This document shows positions 8,122-17,077 of a DNA stretch of 64,000 nt, one piece after another. The stretch spans positions 12,915 to 76,914 of the forward strand of contig JACPZD010000009.1 in NCBI GenBank assembly GCA_016195665.1. The letters are read 5' to 3'. Within the stretch, counting starts at the first letter, position 1, and every line of letters starts with the position of its first letter. The DNA comes from Gammaproteobacteria bacterium. GTDB taxonomy: Bacteria > Pseudomonadota > Gammaproteobacteria > SURF-13. The notes below the pieces were generated by a model. That model was given only the letters and a program-made list of their open reading frames with translations, had not been told where the DNA came from and searched no databases. Made by a program: the position numbers and the translations under genes.

Positions 8122-8943
8122 TCAGGCGGCATTCATCCAGGCAAGCTTGGTAACCTGATAGGAAGCGTCCTCCTGATGAGAAAGGTAGGCATCCAACGTC
8201 TCACGAATGAGGATCGGATGTTGCCTGTCGTACAACAGCAGGATGCCTTCCTGCAGCATGTTCATGGATACCAAGCGCTGCTGAGTGCGTCGTTCCATTT
8301 TGATGGACAGTGGCTTCAGTACCAGGTTGGCAGCGAGCAGGCCGTACAATGTGGCGGCCATGGCAAAGGCCATAGTTGCACCGATCTCCTGGAGGCCACT
8401 GTGGCCAAGCCCGGACAGCATATGTACCAGACCGAACAAGGTGCCGAGCATGCCGAAGGCCGGGGCCAGCGTAGCCATCGTGCGCAGTATTTGGGCGTCG
8501 GCCTGCTCGCGCGCGCGTAACCCCGCTATGCGCCACTGCAATACCTTGGTCAGGTCCTGCAGTGGGCCCCGGTCGATCACCAGTTGTATACCACTACGCA
8601 AAAACGGATTGCTGACATTGGCCAGCTCTCTCTCGGCGGCCCGGATATTGCCGTGCCGATACCATTCGGCGACCCGCAGCAATTGTTCAATCTCGTCCCC
8701 GGCGCTCGGCTGTTCATCCGTAGCCAATTCCGGCAGGCTACGCAGCACCCGGATTACATCCGTAATCGGCCGGCTCACCACCGTCGCCGCCAGTGTGCCG
8801 CCGATGACCACGATCAGCCCCGGGATATTGAAGAACGCGCTGATATGCTCCGGTGACAGCAGTATCATGCCAAGCACCAGTACACCACCACCGAGAAGCC
8901 CGATGACGGTGGATTTTTTCATGTCTTGCAGTTTGATTCGCAT
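8122..8943 (-). CDS. MotA/TolQ/ExbB-family proton-channel protein
   Basis: 273 aa with MotA-like TM helices and the ...APAFGMLGTLFGLV... motif. Lies 13 nt upstream of the MotB-like gene. Confidence 0.75.
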   Translation of the reverse strand: MRIKLQDMKKSTVIGLLGGGVLVLGMILLSPEHISAFFNIPGLIVVIGGTLAATVVSRPITDVIRVLRSLPELATDEQPSAGDEIEQLLRVAEWYRHGNIRAAERELANVSNPFLRSGIQLVIDRGPLQDLTKVLQWRIAGLRAREQADAQILRTMATLAPAFGMLGTLFGLVHMLSGLGHSGLQEIGATMAFAMAATLYGLLAANLVLKPLSIKMERRTQQRLVSMNMLQEGILLLYDRQHPILIRETLDAYLSHQEDASYQVTKLAWMNAA

Positions 8944-9220
8944 TACACCACCCGATATTTGCCTATTGTGAGTCCGTTGCTTCGAGACTCAAGCAATTAT
9001 CGTTCCCGATATCACGACGGGAGGGCGATACTCTTTAACTTATTGTTTTACTAGGCAAGTAAAGGGACAACTGGACGGAAAGCCAAGACGCAGAGAAGTG
9101 GCTGGGTACAGTAGGGCAAGATGTTGCCGCCCCTTTTCCTGTGCGCGCCGCAAAGCGGCAATTTATTACTAGGCCTAACAGGTTGTTAAAAAAGTCCATC
9201 CATGGTCTTTTTCGACTCAT

Positions 9221-9331
9221 AAAGCAAAAAGTGCGATTTTTGCTTTACTCCATTTTTCAAGCACCTACCCCATGCTTGAAAAATAGCGGCGCGTCCGTGC
9301 GCCGCACGCAGGCTGTTTTTCAACAGCCTGC
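9221..9331. repeat. Four tandem perfect or near-perfect hairpins (REP-type composite)
   Basis: Stems: 9221-9230/9237-9246, 9253-9263/9273-9283, 9286-9292/9299-9305, 9308-9317/9322-9331. The sequence is related to the composite repeat at 48081-48212 (shared cataaag..gcgattttt and aaaaatagcgg strings). Confidence 0.7.
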
Positions 9332-9334
9332 TAA

Positions 9335-9355
9335 TCATTCCCATTCAATTGTTTC
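9335..9355 (-). pseudogene. Relic copy of the last guaA codons (…ETIEWE-stop)
   Basis: Minus strand reads gaa aca att gaa tgg gaa tga. The real guaA end is gcc acc atc gag tgg gag tga (17354->17334). TIEWE-stop is identical, and all differences in those codons are synonymous third positions. Confidence 0.55.
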
Positions 9356-9408
9356 CGAAGTCCGGAAACCCTCATGGAACCTGGCTTTCATTGTTATGAT
9401 CATCGCAC

Positions 9409-9429
9409 TTTACCGTCACTTTTACCGTC
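9409..9429. repeat. Two direct TTTACCGTC iterons (left island arm)
   Basis: TTTACCGTC at 9409-9417 and 9421-9429, spaced 12 nt apart. Confidence 0.6.
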
Positions 9430-9770
9430 TAAAAACGAGCGCTTTTGCTGGCGCGGGAGATGGACTCGGTTTGACGGGCGGCTACTCCAGCGCATCAATC
9501 GTCAACTATCCGAGCAGCCGGGGCACTTCTTTTGAAAAGTATAGACATACGTAGCGCAACTACGACTTCAGCCCCCAAATAAACTTACCTGTCGTTTGAA
9601 ATAGTGATAAATATCGTAGCATGGCTACGACTGAAAGAACCAAGCTATTGCGCCGGACTGTTACCGCATAGGATGGGCGATGCGATCGCCGGAGCACCGG
9701 CCCAGCACGCACCCCGCGTGAAGCATTTGACTTGCGTTCTCGATGTGTATAAAATTTTATACAAAGTGAA

Positions 9771-9983
9771 ATGATGAGTGACGAAAAAGAGATTCGCTGG
9801 ATGGGTTCCGCCTACGACGACTTGTTGGCATTCCCGGACGACCCACGTCGCTCCGCTGGTTTCCAGTTAGGTAAGTCCAAGCACTGCTTCCAGAAGAAGA
9901 CTCAGGCGACCAGCAAGCAGGACAAGGGCATTGCCGAGGCGCGCTATCGCGCCGTGGTCAACGCGAGAAAGGTACGGAAATGA
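9771..9983 (+). pseudogene. Internally deleted RelE/HigB-like (Gp49/DUF891-type) toxin
   Basis: The N-terminus IRWMGSAYDDLLAFPDDPRRSAGFQLG joins directly to the C-terminal HCFQKKTQATSKQD... About 40 central residues expected in this family are absent. Confidence 0.55.
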
Positions 9984-10005
9984 AGATCGGCACCGAATCC
10001 GCCAT

Positions 10006-10311
10006 GTGACAAAGCCGGGAGCGAACCTCTTCCTGGAGCTTGGCTTCGCGCCCGCTGAGGCCAAGCGCTTGCAGGCAGCCTCTCGCAAGCAGATCAAAGA
10101 CACCCAATTGCTGAAGCAGCAGTTGATGGACGAGCTGTCCGCCTGGATTGCCGAGCATCACCTGAAGCAAGCCGAAGCGGCCGAGATCCTGATGGTTTCG
10201 CGTCCGCGCGTATCCGACGTGGTGAACAAGAAGACGGCCAAGTTCACCATTGACACGCTGGTGGAAATGCTCAGCCGCGTCGGCAAGCCAGTCAAGCTGG
10301 CCATCGGTTGA
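10006..10311 (+). CDS. XRE-family HTH antitoxin partner
   Basis: GANLFLELGFAPAEAKRLQ...LKQAEAAEILMVSRPRVSDVVNKKTAKFTIDTLVEMLSRVG. A GTG start at 10006 is assumed. Confidence 0.6.
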   Translation: MTKPGANLFLELGFAPAEAKRLQAASRKQIKDTQLLKQQLMDELSAWIAEHHLKQAEAAEILMVSRPRVSDVVNKKTAKFTIDTLVEMLSRVGKPVKLAIG

Positions 10312-10336
10312 CGCGCTGAACGACTGACCGCTTCCA

Positions 10337-10674
10337 TCAATTCCCGCACCAGCGGCGGTAAGCGTCAATTCTTTCCGCCCCCTCTGGCGGCGGGTCCGGT
10401 ATCGGCGGATCGAGGATCGGAATTGCTTGAGTTGCTTTTCCGCGCACGCAATAGCGACAATTTGGTCGCGCCAGGTGAGATCGATCTTGGCCACCGTCAC
10501 TGCCTGCCCAAGCACCTGGGTCGTGAATGGAAGGGAGAGATTCTCTTCGATCATGGCGAAGAACCCGCCAGCCTGCTCCGATTCGTCGTAGGCATCCGTG
10601 GTCGCCTCCTCGATAAGTTTATCCAGGTATTCCGCGGTGAACTTCGTCGTCTTTTTCGTTTTCGCTTTTGTCAT
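10337..10674 (-). pseudogene. Frameshifted small protein of the family usually annotated 'calcium-binding protein'
   Basis: The frame from ATG 10674 gives MTKAKTKK...EATTDAYDESEQAGGFFAMIEENLSLPFTTQVLGQAVTVAKIDL...IVAIACAEKQLKQ. The expected C-terminus IPILDPPIPDPPPEGAERIDAYRRWCGN* is in another frame from about 10420. Confidence 0.5.
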
Positions 10675-10799
10675 CGCGAAGACTTCTTCCAGAGCCCCGT
10701 ATTTGAAAAACCTTCTTCTTCGAAAAAGCGATGGAAGAGGCTGGTAATATCCAAAATATTCTTATCATCAGCTTCAACAATTTTTATATCGGCAGTCAT
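10671..10799 (-). pseudogene. 42-codon N-terminal fragment of a GNAT-like acetyltransferase
   Basis: MTADIKIVEADDKNILDITSLFHRFFEEEGF... then a stop. It shares ATGA overlaps with both neighbouring genes. Confidence 0.35.
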
Positions 10800-11428
10800 T
10801 TGCCTGTTCCTTTGCCACGTATACGCGCACGATGCGCCGCGGCTTTTGCGCGGTTGCCGCACACCGCCATGCTGCACCAACGGCGGGCATGGCTTTTGGT
10901 GCGGTCATAGAACATCAATGTGCACGCATCATTCTCACAGCTACGGATAAGGTTGAAATCCGCATGGCACACCAGATCACCGATGGCTTCCGCGATCGGC
11001 AATAATAATTCTTCAGGTTTTTCCCATCGGCGCATTTGCTGCATGCTTGGCGCATTCCCATCACTTGCTACTATTTGGAAATAAATTCCATCCCGCGCCA
11101 ATAACTGGTTAAGCGGTTCGAGTTCCTTAAGGATGTTTTGCCGGAATGGTTTACCTGCATGCTGCTTGGCAAAATCGCGCAGCCATTCACGCAACACCCG
11201 CGCTTCGGCAGCGACGTCATCGAGTGCGCGCGTATTTTCTGAACGGAAACACTTTGCAATTTTGGCATCGATAACGCCCGCCTGCAGCAGCCAGTTGACC
11301 AGATCAGCACCATTCGCCAGCCATTCGATCTGCTCCCCCGAAGGCATGGCCACACTGTTCAGGAAATCCATCGCCAGATGGTCACCCACAAAAAATGCAT
11401 CTGGTCTGGGGTCTGTGGAGGATGTCAT
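10796..11428 (-). CDS. CGNR zinc-finger (ABATE-domain) putative regulator
   Basis: The C-terminus CENDACTLMFYDRTKSHARRWCSMAVCGNRAKAAAHRAR carries the CGNR motif. Confidence 0.75.
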   Translation of the reverse strand: MTSSTDPRPDAFFVGDHLAMDFLNSVAMPSGEQIEWLANGADLVNWLLQAGVIDAKIAKCFRSENTRALDDVAAEARVLREWLRDFAKQHAGKPFRQNILKELEPLNQLLARDGIYFQIVASDGNAPSMQQMRRWEKPEELLLPIAEAIGDLVCHADFNLIRSCENDACTLMFYDRTKSHARRWCSMAVCGNRAKAAAHRARIRGKGTGK

Positions 11429-11502
11429 TATGTTTTGCCCTTTTCCTGATACATCAAGCGCTAAAGTAACCTTAAAAATATCTTTTGACAAGTTATCTTA
11501 TC

Positions 11503-11541
11503 TATAGTAACCTCTAAAAATATATTATAATGGTTACTATA
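11503..11541. promoter_or_regulatory. Inverted repeat in the divergent promoter region
   Basis: TATAGTAACC (11503-11512), a 19-nt spacer, then GGTTACTATA (11532-11541). A third half-site, AAGTAACC, lies at about 11464. Confidence 0.35.
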
Positions 11542-11566
11542 AACTAACCTCCAACCAACAAAAAGG

Positions 11567-12478
11567 ATGCCCTCCATGCCAAACACAACAGCCACAATCC
11601 ATTATCGCACCACCAACGTTGATGGCGTGGAGGTCTTCTACCGCGAGGCGGGTTCTACTAAGGCTCCTACCCTTTTGCTGCTACATGGGTTTCCAACCTC
11701 CTCGCATATGTTCCGCAACCTTATTCCTTTGCTGGCTGACCAATATCATATCGTGGCGCCTGACTTGCCTGGGTTTGGTTTGACCGTGGCGCCTGACCGC
11801 AGCCAATATAAATATAATTTTGAGAAAATTGCGAAGACCATCGGCCGCTTCACCGATATGATCGGCTTAAACCGCTTCGCGATTTATGTTTTTGATTACG
11901 GCGCACCGATCGGCTTTAGACTTGCCCTGGCACATCCTGAAAAAATCACTGCCATCATTTCGCAAAATGGAAATGCTTATGAAGAAGGGCTCAGCCAAGG
12001 CTGGAACCCGATCCAAAAATATTGGCAAGAACCTAGCGAAGCCAACCGCACCGCCTTACGTGATTTCCTAAAGCCCGAAACAACCAAGTGGCAATACACC
12101 CATGGCGTTGCCGATGAGACGCTGATTGCGCCGGAATCCTATCAACTCGATTCCGCCCTGCTTTCGCGGCCGGGTAATGATGAAATCCAGCTCGATCTAT
12201 TTTTGGATTACGCGAGCAACGTCAAGCTCTATCCGAAGTTCCAGGAATATATACGTGCGCATCAACCTCCCTTGCTGGCCGTATGGGGAAAGAATGACCC
12301 CTTCTTCCTGCCTCCTGGGGCTGAAGCCTTTAAGCGCGACAATAAGAATGCCGAGGTTCATTTCTATGAAACCGGGCATTTCGCGCTTGAAACGCATGCC
12401 AATGAAATCGGGGCGGCCATGCGTGATTTCCTTGCGCGGCATTTAACGATCAAAACGGTTAAATCCACTACGCGATAA
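11567..12478 (+). CDS. Alpha/beta hydrolase (epoxide hydrolase/haloacetate dehalogenase-like)
   Basis: LLLLHGFPTSSHMFRNLIPLLADQYHIVAPDLPGFG; 303 aa. Confidence 0.75.
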   Translation: MPSMPNTTATIHYRTTNVDGVEVFYREAGSTKAPTLLLLHGFPTSSHMFRNLIPLLADQYHIVAPDLPGFGLTVAPDRSQYKYNFEKIAKTIGRFTDMIGLNRFAIYVFDYGAPIGFRLALAHPEKITAIISQNGNAYEEGLSQGWNPIQKYWQEPSEANRTALRDFLKPETTKWQYTHGVADETLIAPESYQLDSALLSRPGNDEIQLDLFLDYASNVKLYPKFQEYIRAHQPPLLAVWGKNDPFFLPPGAEAFKRDNKNAEVHFYETGHFALETHANEIGAAMRDFLARHLTIKTVKSTTR

Positions 12479-12493
12479 CGAGGAGAAATAACA

Positions 12494-13468
12494 ATGCGCG
12501 CAATTATCATCAAGGAATTTGGTGGACCGGAACAGCTGGTTATCCAGGAACTGCCTGATCCCAAGCCAAAGGCAGATCACGTAATCATCGAGGTCAAGGC
12601 TTTTGGTATCAATCGGGCTGAGACTTATATGCGGAAAGGCGCCTGGAGCGAAGCCGCTAAAGTCAGCGGGGTCGAATGTGTTGGATTAGTACGGTCGGAT
12701 GCCAGCGGTAAATTTGCCGCGGGTCAAAAAGTCGCCGCCATCCTGGGTGGAATGGGACTTACGATCAACGGCAGCTATGCGGAATTGACGCAGGTGCCGG
12801 TAACCAACGTCATGCCGTTTGAGTCTGACCTCTCTTGGGAGGAGTTAGCGGCGATTCCAGAATCCTACTCTACTGTCTGGGCTTGCCTGCATGACAATCT
12901 GGCTTTGAAAAAAGGACAAACGTTACTGATCCGCGGCGCCACATCGCCTATGGGGCAAGCTGCCCTTAACGTCGCCGCGAATATCGGCGCCCATGTCATA
13001 GCCACCACACGCAAAACCGAACGCTTTGCTTTATTGAAATCCCTGGGGGCAAAGGAAACATTGCTTGAAACGCCGGAGCTCGCCAAACAGGTGCGTGAGC
13101 TGCACCCCAAAGGGGTGGATGCCGTGCTCGAGCTTGTCGGCAATAGCGTACTTTTGGATTCACTCAGTGCCGTGAAGCGCGGGGGACACCTTTGCTTAGC
13201 CGGGTTTGTTGGCGGCCTGGCCCCCCTTGTCGATTTCAACCCTTTAAGGCAAATGCCGAGCGGTGTGCATTTCAGTTTCTTCGGCAGTTTTTTATTTGGC
13301 ACGCCGGACTTTCCGTTGGATGTCCCGCTACAAACAATCATCGACCGGGTTGAGGACGGCACCTATAAAGCCAAACCCGCAAAGGTTTTTGGCTTTCATG
13401 AAATCCAGGATGCCCATCGCCTGATGGAAAGCTACCAAGCCGCCGGCAAAATTGTGGTCAAGATATAA
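12494..13468 (+). CDS. Zinc-type alcohol dehydrogenase/quinone oxidoreductase family protein
   Basis: MRAIIIKEFGGPEQLVIQELPDPKP...EVKAFGINRAE; 324 aa MDR-family pattern. Confidence 0.75.
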   Translation: MRAIIIKEFGGPEQLVIQELPDPKPKADHVIIEVKAFGINRAETYMRKGAWSEAAKVSGVECVGLVRSDASGKFAAGQKVAAILGGMGLTINGSYAELTQVPVTNVMPFESDLSWEELAAIPESYSTVWACLHDNLALKKGQTLLIRGATSPMGQAALNVAANIGAHVIATTRKTERFALLKSLGAKETLLETPELAKQVRELHPKGVDAVLELVGNSVLLDSLSAVKRGGHLCLAGFVGGLAPLVDFNPLRQMPSGVHFSFFGSFLFGTPDFPLDVPLQTIIDRVEDGTYKAKPAKVFGFHEIQDAHRLMESYQAAGKIVVKI

Positions 13469-13531
13469 AATGAAGGGCACGGGAAGAACTGTCTGTTTAC
13501 ATTTAACTTTAAACTTTAAGGAGATTACAAC

Positions 13532-14005
13532 ATGAAAATCAATAAAATTAAATTGCTGGTAACAACGATCGTACTGTGCGCCTCGGTCACTGCAGTCGCA
13601 GCTACACAAGATAAGATTTCGGGTGGCCCATCTGTCAACATACCCGTGACGCAACTCAAGTACTTCGACACAGGCATTGGTAAAAATAGTGGAGTGGGAA
13701 CGTTACAAGCTGCTGCTGCTTATGGCGACCTGCAACATGGCGCACATGGAACATTTATCAAAATGCCGGCCGGGTTTGTCAGTGCTGTCCATAGTCACAC
13801 TGGCGAATATTGGGGAGTGGTTATCTCAGGCGTGGTTGTAAATGGCGCACCAGGAAGCGCAGATGTGCCGCTGCCGGTAGGTTCCTATTGGTCGCAAAAA
13901 GGCGGCGAACTCCATGTGACAAAATGTATTTCTCCCAACGAATGCATTGTCTTCATCAATCAAACCGTGAAGTTTGACGAAATAGAAGAAAGCAAGAAGC
14001 ATTGA
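13532..14005 (+). CDS. Secreted cupin-like protein (DUF4437-like)
   Basis: Signal peptide MKINKIKLLVTTIVLCASVTAVAA and a cupin-like HSH...GELH pattern. Confidence 0.5.
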   Translation: MKINKIKLLVTTIVLCASVTAVAATQDKISGGPSVNIPVTQLKYFDTGIGKNSGVGTLQAAAAYGDLQHGAHGTFIKMPAGFVSAVHSHTGEYWGVVISGVVVNGAPGSADVPLPVGSYWSQKGGELHVTKCISPNECIVFINQTVKFDEIEESKKH

Positions 14006-14030
14006 TGAGTTATGCGAAAAGAGGTGCACC

Positions 14031-14594
14031 GTGAAGAAAATTACAATGGGAAAGGTGATTGGAAAACGCAGCCTTGTGACCACCGAGTCCAAACCGGTGG
14101 AAATTCCAGACGCCAAGGATATCGTTCATCTTCAGTTTCGCCGGTTCGCGGGCTGTCCTTTTTGTAGTGTGCACCTGCGCTCCATTGCGAAGCGCCACGA
14201 CGAGATCGCCGCAGCGGGCATCCGGGAAGTGGTCGTGTTCCGCTCGACCGAAGCGGCGTTACGGCGTCATCATGCCGACACACCTTTCGCGGTTGTTCCG
14301 GATCCCAAGGATGAACTGTATGCCGAGTTCGGGGTCGGGTCCGGGCTGCGGGCACTGCTCGACCCGCGCGCTTTATTGGGGGCGATGTCCAAGGTCATCC
14401 GCGTGCTTCCCAAGCTTCCGGGTATACCGCCGTGGGGCAAGGGCGTGTTGGGGCTTCCCGCCGATTTTCTGATTGCGACCGATGGGCGCGTGCTTGCGTG
14501 CCAGTACGGAACGCACGCCGACGACCAGTGGTCGGTGGACGAGCTCCTCGCTCTGGTTCGTCAGCACGTATCGTCGAGGAGCGCCTGCGTTTAA
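14031..14594 (+). CDS. Peroxiredoxin-like (AhpC/TSA-redoxin family) protein
   Basis: FRRFAGCPFCSVHL CxxC-type motif; 187 aa. Confidence 0.6.
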   Translation: MKKITMGKVIGKRSLVTTESKPVEIPDAKDIVHLQFRRFAGCPFCSVHLRSIAKRHDEIAAAGIREVVVFRSTEAALRRHHADTPFAVVPDPKDELYAEFGVGSGLRALLDPRALLGAMSKVIRVLPKLPGIPPWGKGVLGLPADFLIATDGRVLACQYGTHADDQWSVDELLALVRQHVSSRSACV

Positions 14595-14764
14595 GTGCAA
14601 TGTTTTAAACATGAATGACTTTCAAAGAAAATACGGCCCTTGGGCCTTGGTAACGGGAGCCAACGCGGGAAATAGCTTCATTCGGGACGTGTTAATCGGA
14701 CCTTGACATCTCAAAACACACTGTACGCCGTTTCTCCACTTTTAAACCCAACGAGGAAACCACC

Positions 14765-15385
14765 ATGAAACTGTTATACGTAAAAGGATCACCCCGTGGC
14801 GATAAATCCACCTCGGCGCGTGTCGCCGAATCATTTCTAACCGCTTATCGCACAAAAAATCCAAATGCGCAGATCGACGAAATCGATTTGTGGCAGGAAG
14901 CCCTGCCTGAGTTCAATGGCGACAGTGCCGCCGCAAAGATGTCCTTCTTCGGTGAAGGCACACTTGATGGCGTGCGCAAGACTGCATGGGATCGGATTGT
15001 CTCGATCACCCAGCGCTTTACCAGTGCCGACGACTACCTATTCACCGTGCCCATGTGGAATGGTGGAATCCCTTACCGGCTCAAGCTCTACATCGATATC
15101 ATGACCCAGCCTGGTTTATTGTTCGGTTTCGATCCGGTGGCGGGCTATTCGGGGCTATTGCATGGCAAGCGCGCCACGGCCATCTATACAAGCGGCGTCT
15201 ACGCACCCGGTGTGCCTCCTGCTTTTGGAGTCGATTTTCATTCGACTTACTTCAATGACTGGCTGTGCTTCATCGGTATCTCGGAGATCGCCACGATTCG
15301 ATACCAACCTACCCTGCTCACCAACGACCCAGCTGCGGGTCTGGCTGCCGCGCAAGCAGACGCAGTCAGGGCGGGACAGCGTTGA
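14765..15385 (+). CDS. azoR: FMN-dependent NADH-azoreductase
   Basis: MKLLYVKGSPRGDKSTSARVAESFL...FTVPMWNGGIPYRLKLYID; 206 aa. Confidence 0.75.
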   Translation: MKLLYVKGSPRGDKSTSARVAESFLTAYRTKNPNAQIDEIDLWQEALPEFNGDSAAAKMSFFGEGTLDGVRKTAWDRIVSITQRFTSADDYLFTVPMWNGGIPYRLKLYIDIMTQPGLLFGFDPVAGYSGLLHGKRATAIYTSGVYAPGVPPAFGVDFHSTYFNDWLCFIGISEIATIRYQPTLLTNDPAAGLAAAQADAVRAGQR

Positions 15386-15450
15386 ACAGATGAAGCGATT
15401 CGGAGGTGGTGGTAGTCAATGTTCCTTCCCTACTGGAGTAGATCAGTCAC

Positions 15451-16113
15451 ATGAAACGCCAATATCTCGGTGATTCGAAGGACAGCTTCAAGTGGGACTA
15501 TCATGACTATCTTGTGGAGGCGCTTGCCTACGATCACCTGAAGATCGCATGGATGATGACGCCCGATGACGGCGGGACACACGGAGCTAGCGCGCCGGAG
15601 CTGTTTCCGGCGAGGCCGGGAATACTGCGCTTTTGCAACCGGTTACGATCAACCCGGGACCCGGCCTTGGTGCTGGGATTGCCGGCTATTATGGGTGCGA
15701 AGTATCGGGTCAGCTTTCATGATCCGGACGAAAACAAGAATGACGCGAATCACCGATCGTGGTTTTCAGGAATTCTACCGGGTTCCGGCCAGGTCATTTT
15801 CCTCGATCCGGATAACGGCTTCGAGCCCGAGCGCTGTGGCACGGACAAACACGTCCGTTATGCCGATCTCGATGGCCTGATCAAGCTGGCGCCATCGGAC
15901 ACGGTGTTTAGCGTGTTTCAGCATCATCGCCGGAAGAAATTTCCCGACGACTTCGCCCGTATTCGGAAAAGACTCTTAAGCGGATACGCAACGGCAATCT
16001 ATTGGCGCTCATTGATGTTTGTCAATGTCGCATCGTCTCGCAAGACGATTCGTCAAGTTGAAAAAATCAACCGGGAATATGCCAAACATCGTCCGGTAAA
16101 AGTTCTTGCCTGA
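15451..16113 (+). CDS. Hypothetical protein (220 aa), family not recognised
   Basis: Clean ORF: MKRQYLGDSKDSFKWDYHDYLVE...VIFLDPDNGFEPE... Confidence 0.5.
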   Translation: MKRQYLGDSKDSFKWDYHDYLVEALAYDHLKIAWMMTPDDGGTHGASAPELFPARPGILRFCNRLRSTRDPALVLGLPAIMGAKYRVSFHDPDENKNDANHRSWFSGILPGSGQVIFLDPDNGFEPERCGTDKHVRYADLDGLIKLAPSDTVFSVFQHHRRKKFPDDFARIRKRLLSGYATAIYWRSLMFVNVASSRKTIRQVEKINREYAKHRPVKVLA

Positions 16114-16132
16114 CGATATTAATCCTTCAGCA

Positions 16133-16718
16133 TCAACCCATGCGCTGCTTCAGAAAGTCGATCATGACACGCACTTTGTTCGGCAGGTGCGCCCGGCTCG
16201 GGTACAGAAGCCAGATGGCGGTATCGAAGTCGGTCGCGGTGACGCGATAATCCGGGAACAGATCGACCAGCCGTCCCTCCTTGATATCCTCATCGATCAG
16301 CCAGTTCGCGAGCAGCACCGGTCCCATTCCCGCCAAGGCGCGGGCGCGCAACGCGAGGGCGTTCAGGATCGTCACGTCGCCGCGCATCGGCACTTCCTGT
16401 ACCTTTCCCCGGCGGTCGCGAAATAACCAGCGCGAACGGAACTCCGGCAAAGCGAACAGGAGACAGCTGTGCTGCCGTAACTCGTCCGGAACAGCGGGCG
16501 CCTTCCTGACTCCAAGGTAGCCAGGACTGGCACAGACCCGGTACTGCGTATCGACTAGTTTTGTGGCGACAAAATCCGCGTCGAAACGACGCCCGAGACG
16601 AATGGCGAAGGTCCACGCGTTCGGCCACCAGGTCGAGCACGGTGTCGGTCAACAGCCGCTCCAGTTTTACGCCGGGATACCGTTCGCGAAAAGTCTTTGT
16701 TCCGAGATTGTTGTAGTT
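16133..16718 (-). pseudogene. LysR-family regulator remnant: 5'-truncated (no HTH) and frameshifted
   Basis: The effector-domain sequence FRERYPGVKLERLLTDTVLDLVAERVDL / AIRLGRRFDADFVATKLVDTQYRVCASPGYL...LLYPSRAHLPNKVRVMIDFL is split by a 1-nt frameshift near 16605-16610. An in-frame TGA lies at 16719-16721. Confidence 0.65.
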
Positions 16719-17077
16719 TCAATTACAGCAGCAAGGGGTAGCGAAAACCTGGACCAGGTCACTTTGAGTGAATAAGGTGCGTCCGACTTCGCTCGCAATT
16801 GCGGCTGTTCGGCCCTGATCGTTGGCGAGGTGCCGGAACACATACTCGGCAATCATTGTCCCGGACGATAGATTTCGGATACCGTAAGGATACAAGTTTT
16901 TCGCCTGACATCATATTTATCACGCAGTTCGTTTCTCCTTGAGGGACGAATTGAGCGAAAAACATCGATATTCAAAGAAACAGCGATATTTACCGCGCAG
17001 TAAATATGAACCGGAACGCCACTACGAGATACACAAGCTCGCCGAAGCGTTTTTAGTTTATGTCGCTCTTGTTTGGT

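Noticed and set aside
7128-8943. The MotA/MotB-like pair as a Zorya (ZorAB) defence system.
   Set aside because: From memory, ZorA proteins are several hundred residues longer and carry a long C-terminal tail, and ZorC/D/E-type partners follow them. Here the MotA-like protein is 273 aa and no such partner genes are adjacent.
9221-9331. The tandem hairpins, or the four 46-nt repeats at 61-62.4 kb, as a CRISPR array.
   Set aside because: There is no constant repeat with regular spacers. The hairpins differ in sequence, and the 46-nt copies are irregularly spaced (about 180 to 550 nt apart) and in mixed orientation. No cas genes are present.
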